Assembly: GCF_009914755.1 (NCBI RefSeq)
Contig: NC_060936.1
Length of the DNA: 64,000 bases
Direction: 5' to 3' (one strand)
From: the human T2T-CHM13v2.0 reference genome, Homo sapiens
A program made the translations under genes and the position numbers. The notes beneath the pieces are model-generated. The model searched no databases and was not told the origin of the DNA. It saw only the letters and a program-made list of their open reading frames with translations. Within the stretch, counting starts at the first letter, position 1, and each line of letters opens with the position of its first letter. Positions 48,930-64,000 of this stretch are shown piece after piece.

Positions 48930-50052
48930 CCCCAGGTGCTAAGCAATTATAGGAAATAAGACAGAAATCTCTGCCTCTATGAAACTAACATCTAGTAAAG
49001 GATGCAAATAACAAACAAATAAACATATAATGTCAGAGAGTGTTATAAAGAAAATTAAATCAGGATAAGAAGACAGAGAATGACTGGGAGCATTTTAGAG
49101 AGAATAGCCAGGAAAGTCCTGCCTGAGGAGTGATGAATTGAGTAGAGAGCTGAGTGGGGCGAGGGAGTGAGCTATGTGATGATCCGGGTGTGTTCCAGGC
49201 AGAGCAAGGAGCCGGTGCCAGGAGCCTGAGGTTGTAGTGAGCTTGTTGTTTTTGAGCAGCAGCAAGAAGCCGCCATGGCTGGGGCAGGGTGGGGGGTAAG
49301 CAGTGGTAGGATGTGGGGCCAGAAGGATAGACAGGGGCCAGGCCACACACAGCCTTTGCAGTCCATGTTTAGGAGTTGGGATTTCATTGAGTATGGTGAG
49401 AAGCCATCAGAGGGTTAGGAGCAGAGAAAAAATGTGATTTGTGTTTTGTTTTTGTTTGTTTTTATTTTTTTCTTCTTTCTTTGTGATTTGTGTTTTGAAA
49501 GATCTGCTGGATGAAGAATTATTTATAGAGGGCAAAAGTGAAAGCAGTGAGATGAGTAAGGAGAGTTTTCTTTTCTTTTGTTTTCTTTTTTTTCAAGACA
49601 GAGTCTCACTTCATCACCCAGACTGGAGAGCAGTGGCACGATTTCAGCTCACTGGAACCTCCACCTCCCGGGTTCAACCTCCACCTCCCGAGTTCAAGTG
49701 ATTCTCTTGCCTCAGACTCCCAAGTAGCTGTATGCCGCTATGCTCCGCTAAGTTTTGTTTTTTTTTTGTTTTTTTTTTTTTTCAGTAGAGATGGGGTTTT
49801 GCTGTGTTGGCCAGGCTGGTCTCAAACTCCTGGTCTCAAGTGATCTGCCCACCTAGGCCTCCCAAAGTGCTGGGATTACAGGTATGAGCCACAGCACCAA
49901 GCCAGAGAAGAGGTTTTCAACAACAGATAACCATTTAGATATTCTGATATCAACTTACTGGTTTGTGACCCATTAAAAAAAAAAGACATAAAATAATAGA
50001 GTGCATTACATATAGTAAGAATAAGCAGTGCTGAATTGAATTTTTGTTTCAG

Positions 50053-50098
<46 letters not shown>

Positions 50099-50420
50099 GT
50101 TTGTTTGTATACTGAGTTGAAATATAAAATATTTCATGATTAAAAAGTTATAGACTTAGGAACTATTGCTGCAGTCCAGGTGAGGGATGTAGTGTGGGTC
50201 AGGGTAATAGTCATGGAAGTGATAAGAAATTATTAAATTTGAAGTGTATTTTTGAGGGTGGATCTGATCAAACATGCTGGCAAGTTATATGTGTGGAGAA
50301 AGAGAGGAGTCATCCTTGACTTAGAGGCTTTTGATCTGAAAACCAGGTAAATGGTGTGCTATTTAGACAGCTGAGAAAGATGCAGACTGGAATAGAAATC
50401 AAGATTTATCATTCGAACAT
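48930..50420 (-). mobile_element. L2 remnant with nested minus Alu (49565-49903)
   Basis: Degenerate L2 motifs (gttccaggcagag, gagaagccatcagagggtt, ctattgctgcagtccaggtgag). Confidence 0.65.
50054..50100. repeat. (TG)n microsatellite
   Basis: About 16 perfect TG units plus an imperfect tail. Confidence 0.95.
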
Positions 50421-50559
50421 GTTGGCAGGGAGAATTGTTGGATTTAAACACAAACACAAGCTAATATATACCTCTTTACATGATGATAAAATTTCTGTGG
50501 GAGAAAAATCTTCAAAGGTTTATCATCTGTTGAATATCTTTAACAGATGGTACCATCTA

Positions 50560-50852
<293 letters not shown>

Positions 50853-53800
50853 CCCATCTAGTATTTTTAAAAAGCTATTTCTAAGACTTATGATTCATAA
50901 AGTTCATAAAACACGTTGTTATATTGGTGAAAATACATATAAGTAATTGAAAGTGTGAGTATTAATAAATAAGGATTTATGATGGTCCTTAAAGTCCTTT
51001 TGCTTTCTCTTGGAAGATAATGGACACTCTTGAAAATATAGACTATTCCTGTAAGAGAGAAAAGTAGATAAAAGTGATGTCTTTGAAATTAAAAAAAAAA
51101 AAAAAGAAGAGGAATGATTCCTGCAAGATGGTGGAATAGGAAGCTCTGGACCCTCCTTCTCTCCAGGAGCACATGAATTCAACAACAATACATGAACAAA
51201 TTCCTATTGTGAAGAACCCAGAAACTAGTTGAGAGGCTCCTGAATCCTGAGTGAGAGTGAATCCAGCTTCATCAAGGCTGGTAGGAAAATCTGAGGAATC
51301 CTCACCATAATCCTTATCCCTAGCTTAGCGCCACGCCAATGGAAAGAAACCTCCAGCTCTCAGCTTCTCCCTAGCATGGTGGGGTGGGGAGGAGAATCAA
51401 ACCACATGTCCAACATTTCAGCTTTCCTGGGGGCTGCCTAAGATACTGGCTTCTGTTTCACTTGTCTTATAGTGCTAATGGGACCTGGCATACTCTAGAT
51501 GCCTGGATACCACTGAAAACGAAGAAGGTAGTTTGAACTAGCATGCATGCGCTTGCTGGAGCCCCTACTCCCAGCTCAGTGAAAAGCCCTAGGTCTCAGC
51601 TTCTTTCCAGGGATGAAAGGATGGAAGAGCTGGATTATGTATCCAATGTTTCAATTTTTCTGGATGCTGCCCAAAGAATTGGCTTCTGTCTTACCTGTCT
51701 CGGAGTACTATGAGACGCATCATGCTCTAGATGCCTGGGGGCTGCTAGAAACAAAAATGGTGGTTTGGATTAGTGTGAGTGTTTGAGACCACCCCTGGCC
51801 TCCAGAATCTCTTCCTGGATTGATTAAGGGATTTCTCCGGTATGAGACCAGTATGTGAAGACTGGGAGAGTTGGCTATTTTTTCTAATGCATAGTTAAAA
51901 AGAGTCAAGGACAATAAAGAAGTAGGAAAATATGTTGCAAACAAAGGAACAAAATAAAGCTCCAGAAACGGACCCTAATGAAACAGGTAAAGAACTTACC
52001 TGACAGAGAATCCCATAAAAATGCTCGTGGTCAGAAGAAAATGCCTGTGCAAAGTAAGAATTTTAACAAAAAGAAAATACAAACACAGAACACTGTAACA
52101 CTGTAATGGTTGTGGTTAAATCACTTTTAATTCTTATATAAAAGTTAAAAGTATTATAAGTAAAAATAACTATAAAAATGTTTATGATACATAACTAAAA
52201 ATATGTAAATTATGATATCAATAATAAAGTGTTTGAAGGAGAGAGTAATAGAATAGAGTTTTTATATGTGATGGAATTTAGGTTGTTAGCTTAAAATAGA
52301 CTATTATAAGATGTTTTATGTACGCTCCATGGTAATGCCAAAGAACATACCTATAGAGCAGACACACACACAAAGAAAGGAATCAAAGAATATTAATACA
52401 GAGAAGTCAACAAAACTCAAAGGAAGGCAAGCAGAGAGGAAAAGAGGGAAAAAATAACTACAAGACAGACAGAAAAATAATAAAATGGCAGTAGTAAGTC
52501 CTTCCCTATCAATAATTACTTCAAATATAAATGGATTAAACTTACCAATCAAAAGACATAGAGGGCTGAACATATTAAATTTAAAAAGCCCAGATTCAAC
52601 TATATGCTGTCTCAAGAGTCTCACTTTAGATTTAAGTACATACATAAACTGAAGGTGAAGAGATGAAAAAAGATATTCCAAGCAAATGGCAGCCAAAAGA
52701 GAGTATGGGTAACTATATCAGACAAAATAGACTTTAAGTCAAAAACTGTCATAAGAGACAAAGAAGGACATTATATAATAAAAGGATCAACTCACCAAGA
52801 AAATACGATATCTACACACCCAACATTAGAGAACCTAAATATATAAAGCAAACACTGACAGAACTGAAGGGGGAAATAGAAGACATAGACAGCAATAAAA
52901 TAATAAGAGACTGTAGTATTTCATGTTCAATAATGGATAGAACATTTAGACAGAAAATCAATAAGGAAACAGCAGGCTTGAATGGCACTAGAGAGTAAAT
53001 GGACCTAACACAGAACATTCTGCCCAACTGCAGTAGAATATACATCTTTCTTAAATGCACATAGAACATTCTTCAGGATAGACCACACATTAGGTCACAA
53101 AACAAAGAGTAACAAATTTAAGATTATTGAAATCATACTAATTATCTTTTTCCTACCATAATGGAATAAAACTAGAAATGTATAGCAGAAGGAAAACGGA
53201 AATATTCACAAATATGTGAGAATTAAACAACAGACTCCTGAACAACAAATAGGTCAATGAAGAAATAAAGAAAATTAGACTTGAGACAAATGAAAACAAA
53301 AGCACATACCAAAATCTTTGGGATGTAGAAAAAGCAGTACTCCTAAGAGGGCATTTTATAGTGATAAACACTTATACTAAAAAAGAAAATAAATTTCAGA
53401 TAAACCTAACTTTTTACACTTCAATGAACTAGAAAAAGAACAACTTAAGCCCAAAGTTCCTTCCCAAGAGAAAGGAAATAATAAAAATTAGAGCAAAAAG
53501 TTGTTTAAAATAGAAAAGCAATTAAAAAGCAGCAAAACTAAGAGATGGATTTTTGAAAAGATAAACAAGACAGACAAACCTTTAGCTAGACTGAGAAGAA
53601 GACTCAAAATCAGAAATGAAGGAGATATTACAACTAGAACTGCAGAAATACAAAGGATTATAAAAGACTAGTATAAACAATTTTATGCCAACAAATTAGA
53701 TAACCTAGAAGAAATGGAAAAATTCCCAGAAACATACACCCCATCATATTTCTTTATGAATCATGAAGAAATTGAAAATCTGAAAAGATCTACAACCAGT

Positions 53801-55517
53801 AAGGAGATTGTCTCAGTAATTAAACACCTCCCAAAAAAGAAAAGCCCAGTATGAGATGGCTTCACTGGTGAATTCTACCAAACATTTAAAGAAGATTAAC
53901 GCTAATCCTTCTGAAAGTCTTTACCAAATAAAAGATAAAAAAAAAAAAAAAAGGAAAGGAAAAGGAAGGTACACTTACAAATTCATTTCATGAGGCCAGC
54001 ATTATCCTGATACCAAAGCTAGGCCAGTACCCCTGATGATGCAAAATCCTCAAGAAAATATAAGCCAGTCAAATACAAAAGCACATTGAAAGGCTTATAC
54101 ACTATGACCAAGTGGGATTTATTTCTGGGATGCAAGGATGGTTCAATATATGCAAATTGATTATCTTGATATACCACATTAACAGAATGGAGCATAAATA
54201 TTTTGTGATCATCTCTATAGGTGCAGAAAAAACATTTGATAAAATTTAACAGTATTTTGTGTAAAAACTCTTAAGAAACTAGGAATAGAAGAAAATTATC
54301 TCAACATAATAAAAGTAATGTATGAAAAACTCAGTGAACATCACTCAATGGTAAAACACAAAGTTTTTCCTCTAAGATCAGCAACAAAGCAAGGATGCTC
54401 ACTCTCACCGCTTCTGTTCAGTGTAGTACTAGCCAGAGCATTTAGGCAAGAAAAAAAAATAAAAGGCATATAAATATAAAAGGAAGAAGTAAAATGATCT
54501 CTGCAGATAACATGATCTTATTTATAGAAAACTCTAATGATTTCACAAAAAAACCTGTTAGAATAAAATTTAGTAAAGTTGCATGACACAAAATCAACAT
54601 ACCATAATAAATTTCGTTTATATATGAGCAACATTGAACCATCTGAGAAAGAAATTAACAATCTCATTTACAATAGCATCAAAAAGAATACTTTGAAATA
54701 AATTTAAAGAGGTAAAAAACATATAATAAAAACTACAAAATATTGATGAGAGAAATTAAAGAAGACACAAATAAATGAAAAGGCATCCTACGTTCACAGA
54801 TTGGAAGAGATCATGTTGTTTAAATGTCCATACTACCCAAAGCAATCTATAGATTCAATGCAATCCCTAACAAAAATTCCAATCACATTTTTTTACAGGA
54901 ATAGAAAGAAAATCCTAAAACTTATGGAACCATGAGGGACCCTGAATAGCTGAAAACAATCTTGAGAAGAAAGAACAAAGATGGAGACATTACCGTTCCT
55001 GATTTCAAAATATATTACAAAGCTACAGTAATTAAACCAGTATGGTATTAGCATAAAGACAGATATATAGACCAATGAAACAGAAGAGAGAGCCTAGAAA
55101 TAAACCAATGCATAGATGGTCAATTGATCTTCAACATAGATACTAAGAATATGTAATAGGGAAAGGATAATCTCTTCAACAAATGGTGCAGGGATAACTG
55201 GACATCCACAGACAAAAGAATGAAATTGGACTCTTATACCATAAACAAAAATCAATTAAAAATGGATTAAAGATGTAAATTTAAGACCTAAAACTGAAAA
55301 CACCTAGAAGAAAACATGGGGGAAAGCTTCATAACATTGGTCTTGGCAAGATTTCTTGGATATGACACCAAAAGCACAGGCAACAAAAGCAAAATAGGCA
55401 TGTTGGACTGCATCAGTCTGAAAAGCTTCTGCACAGCAAAGAATACAATGCAATGAAAAGACAACCTATGGAATGGGAGAAAATATTTGTAAACTAAAAA
55501 ACTGATAAGGGGTTAAT

Positions 55518-57547
<2,030 letters not shown>

Positions 57548-57791
57548 TATGGGGTTAATATTTAGAAAATATAAGAAACCCCTACAACTCCAGAACAACA
57601 ATAAAAAAACACAAATAACTAGATTTAAAAATAGACAAAAGACTTGAATAGGCATTTCTCAAAAGAAGACGATAAATGGCCAAACAGGTGTACAAACATA
57701 CTCAACATAACTAATCATTAGGAAAATGCAAGTTAAGACTATAATTAGATATTGTATCATACCTGTTAGGATGGCTATTATTTTAAAAGAC

Positions 57792-58647
<856 letters not shown>

Positions 58648-60319
58648 TTACAGAGTTTTCTCAAAATATTAAAAATTAAACTACCATCTGATCTAGGAAC
58701 CCCACTTCTGGGTATTTATCCAAAATAATTAAAATCAGCACCTGGAAGAGCTATTTGCATTCCCATATTCACTGCGGCATTATTCTCAATAGCCAAGATT
58801 TGGAAACAACCTGAATGTCCACGGATGATTGGATAAAGAAAATTTGGTATGTAAATACAAGGGAATATTATCCAACCTTTAAAAAGAAGGAAATTCTGCC
58901 ACATATGACAACATAGATAAACCTGGAGGACACTATCCCAAGTAAAATAAGTGAGTCACAGAACAACAAATACTGCACGATCCCACTTCTCTGAGGTATC
59001 TAAAATAGTTAAACTAATAGAAAGAGAGAGAATAGTGGTTGCCAGGAGCTAGGGGAGGGGAAATGAGGAGTTGCTACTCAATAGGTATAAAGTTTCAGTT
59101 ATGCAAGATGAAGATGTTCTAGAGATCTGCTGTACAACATTATGCCTGTAGTTAATAATACTGTATTGTACACTTAAAAATTTGTTAAGTGGGTAAATCT
59201 CCTGTTAAATGTTCCTGCCACAGTTAAAGAAAAAGAGAGAAAAAGAGAGAGAGAGAGACAACGATAAGCTATTGAAGGACGCTCAGTGGAAAGTGTGGTG
59301 ATGTAGGCAGTTTTTATTTTTGCTTAGGATTTTGTTTGCTTGTTTACCAGTATGGTAAGCATTCTGTGAGACCATTCTTGCCTCTCATGTGGTCCTTCGT
59401 GTAACCAGGGCTGGATTTGTGCCAGTGTGCAGTGGCATTCTGACTAAATGTTAACGTTTGAGAGGCATGCACAAGGCCTACGGCTGACAATGTCTTCCTT
59501 GTTGTTTTGCAACTCCCGACATTTATCACCACTTTGAGTTAAGGTCCATATTCAAGTCAGATTGTTTCCAGATAATCATTGAGGTACTGGCATGTAACAC
59601 ACATTAAATAATCTCATCTGCCAACAGAGAGTAAGTGCATTTTTACATGTTTTAGAGATTAGAATTGGATCCAAATGAGGTGTAACGTAATGGCACCATG
59701 AGATCTGTGGTGGGGAAGGGTGATGGGGAGAAAAGCTTCAGCAAAAAGAGGACTAAAGTAGAAATATCAACCGCCAGCTTTCATCTGTGCCTGGGGGCGG
59801 TCCTTCCTGTGCTCGTGGCACGTGTTTATACTATGATTGACAACCCTTAAGGAGAAAGGCTAAGGTCATGAAACAAAGCTCTCTTTCCTTTTCTTTTCCC
59901 TCCCCCTACCTTTACCCCATTCCTTTCTTTTTCTGTAAAAGCTAGCTGTGATGTGTAAATGTTGCACCTGTCACCCTGACCTCATTGTAGAGCCATCTTC
60001 TGAGTAACTGGCAACTGGCAACTGATGCTAAGTGCTATGAATGCAGCTGGTGGGAACTGAACACACCAGTGTAAAAGATGAAACTAGAAGTCCTTATCTG
60101 TAAAGTGAGGGTGTCAGGCTAAGCGACCAATAAGCTTTGCTTAAGATTTTATATTTGTGAAGCATTTATATGTAAATACTTTCACTTTTTCCTCTGATCT
60201 CTAAGGAAGTGGTGTTAAGTTTGAGTTTGTCATAATTTCACAGGGTGACTCTTAGTTGAAATGTCACTGACAGCTTGCGGTTTGGACTTTTTTTTTTTTT
60301 TTTTTTTTTTTAACTCCAG

Positions 60320-60434
60320 TCAGAAACAACTAGAAGCCATTAAACAACTACAGGAAGATGCTGTCAACCAGGAAGGCATCCTTAGGAAGAGCCTCCAAGA
60401 AACCAGCCAACGGCTGGAGGATGTGGAGGAGCAG
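60320..60434 (+). CDS. IRAG2: Coding exon 17 (SQKQLEAIKQLQEDAVNQEGILRKSLQETSQRLEDVEEQ)
   Basis: Long T-tract+aactccag| ... CAG|GTAGGG, phase 2-0, matching exon 16 across a 14-kb L1-filled intron. Confidence 0.88.
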
Positions 60435-60539
60435 GTAGGGTGGCTCATGGCTACATTAGATTCAGGGGACATCTCCTCAGATGCCCTGCAAACCATGAAA
60501 TAAAAATGGAGGAGGAACAACAACAACAAACAAAAAAAA

Positions 60540-60800
60540 AAAGCAAAGAGGAACTGCAAGTTCAGTCCCTAGCGACTAACAGTGAGCAGAGGAAGTAAAG
60601 GGGGAGTTGTAAGAGAGGCGGTATCAACAGCCTGCTGATGAAAGAGGCGACTCTGCAGAAAGAGGCAACTTGACATATCAGGACTTTAACCGCTGTAGAA
60701 ATAGCTCAGGCATACCAAGCCCATGCAAACACAGAATTGCAGAAGTTCAGGAGAGGCTTATCACTTCCCTGAGAAGAAAAACACATTTTCAGTTTTGCCT
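60540..60800 (+). promoter_or_regulatory. Putative internal haematopoietic promoter of short LRMP/IRAG2
   Basis: PU.1/Spi-B-type AAAGAGGAACTG (60545) and AGAGGAAGT (60588); ETS+GATA CTTATCACTTCC (60757); near-octamer ATGCAAAC (60723). Confidence 0.55.
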
Positions 60801-60878
60801 GCATCATAAGAGTGAGCACTCCATTGCTTTCTTTCCTGGCCACACTGCTACAATCCAGCACTAACTATCCATGTCCAG

Positions 60879-61041
60879 GGTAAGGATCGAGATCGAGAAG
60901 CCCACACTGCCAGTGAAAAAGCTACGTCTTTACTGCATAAATTAGAGGAAGCAATTTCGGAACAACGGAACCTTCAAACTATAAATACTGAATTATCGAA
61001 CACTTGCCAGGCACTTCAGCAGAAGACAAGGAAACTGAAGA
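60879..61041 (+). CDS. IRAG2: Coding exon 18 (GKDRDREAHTASEKATSLLHKLEEAISEQRNLQTINTELSNTCQALQQKTRKLK); probably doubles as 5' UTR exon of short lymphoid LRMP
   Basis: Branch CTAAC at 60861, atgtccag| ... AGA|GTGAGT, phase 0-1, coiled-coil heptads. Sequence recalled as the LRMP mRNA 5' end. Confidence 0.8.
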
Positions 61042-62034
61042 GTGAGTAGCAAATATTCATTTATGACCCAGTTTTTGTCCACCCTCAGGCGGGGCATAGG
61101 ACTACAGACATTTTTCTAGATTACAGCTAGGATATTATTCCTGAGTTTATGACAATGAAATGGTTTGAGAAGGCAATATTGTGGGGCTTTCAGAGAGGTT
61201 TGCTGAGTGGCTAGGTGCATGCATGGGTTTAACCATTAACTTCCCTTTTTGCCTTTTTATTATAAGCTGGTTTTGTCTGTGGCTGTTTTTTTCTTTTAAA
61301 ATTAATTAAAACTTCTCAAAATTTCTAAAAGTAAACAAGGAGAAAAATCTAGTATGCATGGTATATTTGAACTTGCAAGTTGTTATATATTATACTCTGA
61401 TTTTATTAGCTAGTTTTTTTCCTCTCATATGGTAGAAAAGGCCTTGCTCGTCTATTTTCTTTGGAAATTTTAGGGGGTTGGGCAAAATAATTATGAATTC
61501 AGTGTATATCAAAATATCAAATGTGTGAAAATTCTTTTAAAGTTTTAATGCATTCTCTACATACATCTACATACATATTTTGCATTTTAAAAATTGGAAT
61601 ATTTGTCATTTTTCTGTATTACCCAAAAGTATATAAACAGTTACCAGAGATTTATGTGAGAAGACAGTTGTCACATTACAGATGTCAGATTAGCTATAAA
61701 ATTGTTTCATTCTAGAAACCTAATATGGTAAAAATAAACCTTACTTATTTAGCCATTTATCAGACAATTGCTTTTGTTCAGCCAGTTTCTTGTTCTAGCA
61801 GTATAAATATTCTTTTTATAGAAAGTTACTTGGTTTGAGAAATAAACATTGTTTATTTGTTAATTGTTATATAATTATAAATAATTATATATTTAATATA
61901 TAAGCTTAAGGTAGGCTAGAGATGAAAAATTTCAGACTTGTGTTTGTTTTGGATTTATTGTACCCTTTCTACTATTATCTGAGAAAGCTATTTAGGAGTT
62001 TAAGAAATAGTCTAGTTTTAAAATAGCAATGGTT

Positions 62035-62185
62035 TGCCGGACACAGTGGCTCACCCCTGTAATCCCAGCATTTTGGGAGGCCGAGGTGGGCAGATTGCTT
62101 GAGCCCAGGAGTTTGAGACCAGCCTGGACAACATGGTGAAACCCTGTCTCTACAAAAATTACAAACAAATAAATAAATAAAACAT
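62035..62185 (+). mobile_element. Alu left monomer (FLAM-like)
   Basis: TSD aaaatagca(a/g)tggtt. Confidence 0.88.
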
Positions 62186-63553
62186 TAAAATAGCAGTGGT
62201 TATTCAACATATTATTGTCATAATTTTTAAACCTTTATTGAATTTGCCAGTTTTCAATATTCTGATTCACTCTGTTAAGCTAGTAAGGCAGTCTTTAAAT
62301 TACACAGTCTGTGTGTTATTTTACTACTGCTCAGAGGGCATTGGAGAAGGTTCCCTTGTGATTAGAACTGTTCATGTTGAGACATGAATCATAAGGCATT
62401 CCAAAGTTGGTTTAAGGTGTGTCTGCTTTAGACACTGTGCCCAGGACTATTCTTTTGCTCCAGTTTTGCCTTTTGATTAAATCAATATTATACCTGAGTT
62501 TTATAAACTACTAAGAATTTGTTCCCCTTCCTCACTGTGATTTTCTTGCAGTATTTTCTTAGAAGAGTCAACTTTAATAACTTACCCCAAAGTGCACGTT
62601 CTTGATATTATGAACTTGCTATTGTTGTCTTCCCAGTTTATCTTCACGGCCCAATAGATTCAAATACACTTAAAAGCAGAATATGAAAGCTGCCCTGGGT
62701 TGATACGTGTATTTTTTTCTGCCTGGATAACGTAGAGTGGACACTTCCTTTCTGTCTTGAGTTATGCATAACCTGTCCAGATTTATGAAATCCCTTACTT
62801 GTTACTTGTATCTTTTGCTGCCCAAAAAACCCATACAAATCAGGATTTTGCTTATATGACCATGTACTTACGATCTTTCTAACAATGCCCTTTAAATTCA
62901 ATCTTTGAGAGAAGAGGGAAATTTAGATAGCACGTATTTTCAAAATGTTCTATATAGCAGATGTTCCAGATAGACTGCAAACAAATGTCAATGACTGCAG
63001 TTATCACACAAACACGTCCACGCACATCCCGCCATGACCACTGCCACCCCATGCTGTTTGAGTTCTGAGTCAGACATCTGATTCTGAGTCAGAAAACAAA
63101 ACATATTTATATCTATTTAGCTTTTCTGAAACTCTCTGGCTAGTTTAATAAATTCACAAAGTATTTCAGACAATTGTTTTCTGATCCATCTAAGTTGCAT
63201 CAGCACATTGTGTGGGGATGCAGCTGGTTTGTCCAAATGTTCAGATCAATGTGCATAATGTTCACACTACAACTGGAAATTTATATGTGATGTTTGATCA
63301 GAAATCCTGAACTTTATCTTGAATAAATGATATTGTTCAAGTTTTCAATTGCCTTCAGGACTGGGCTGATTTATGAGGCAATTCATGTGCATGATATTCT
63401 TCAAGAAATGTGCCATGAAAACTGTTCAATTGCTTGAATGGTTACTTATATATTTTATTTCTTCTGCATCTAAACTTTGTTTATATCCAAGTATCTTGTT
63501 AATAGACACATGACTGGATTATAATTAGTGTTTGCTTTAAAAAGGAAATTTTT

Positions 63554-63874
63554 TTTATTATACTTATGTTCTAGGGTACATGTGTACAACGTGCAGGTTT
63601 GTTATATATGTATACATGTACCATGTTGGTGTGCTGCACCCATTAACTCGTCATTTACATTAGGTATTTCTCCTAATGCTACACCTCTCCTATCCCCACC
63701 CCATGACAGGCCCCAGTGTGTGATGTTCCCCGTCCTGTGTCCAAGTGTTCTCATTGTTCAATTCCCACCTGTGAGTGAGAATATGCAGAGTTTGGTTTTC
63801 TGTCCTTGCGATAGTTTGCTCAGAATGATGGTTTCCAGCTTCATCCATGTCGCTACAAAGGACATGAACTCATC
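63554..63874 (-). mobile_element. Short 5'-truncated L1PA 3' end
   Basis: L1PA 3' UTR; 16-bp TSD taaaaaggaaattttt at 63538 and 63875. Confidence 0.93.
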
Positions 63875-64000
63875 TAAAAAGGAAATTTTTAAAAGCTTAT
63901 AGGATGTGTATATAACATATTAGGGTGAATCTTATGTACAGAAATCATGGACTAATTGATACAATCCAAAACTATCACCCCCTTACTATTCACCATCTCT

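Noticed and set aside
49656-49695. 20-bp tandem duplication inside an Alu
   Set aside because: Ordinary slippage in a repeat; no functional hint.
62637-62686. Possible next coding exon after tcttcccag
   Set aside because: In the phase-1 frame it hits TGA after ~16 codons and has no clear donor; at most a UTR or alternative exon.

Overview
Primate (almost certainly human) genomic DNA, AT-rich and dense in Alu, L1, L2, MIR, LTR and MER repeats. The main signal is a + strand gene that the ORF track shows only as fragments. I reconstructed 18 consecutive GT-AG coding exons (12438..61041, 2395 nt = 798 codons + 1 nt) that are all phase-compatible with no stop codon; the frame continues beyond the window. 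The protein has a Ser/Pro-rich N-terminus, a degenerate EF-hand pair and long coiled coils that align segment by segment with KASH5/CCDC155, including a Spindly-like SLxxEL motif. The last exon resembles, from memory, the 5' UTR exon of lymphoid LRMP/IRAG2 (Jaw1) and is preceded by PU.1/ETS motifs. The best interpretation is an intact long 'Futile cycle'-type IRAG2/LRMP isoform (candidate nuclear-envelope dynein adaptor) upstream of the internal lymphoid promoter. A candidate divergent spliced minus-strand transcript (C12orf77/LINC02909-like) lies at about 1.5-5.8 kb. Gene names and homologies come from recall, not from a database search. Repeat boundaries and subfamilies are approximate.
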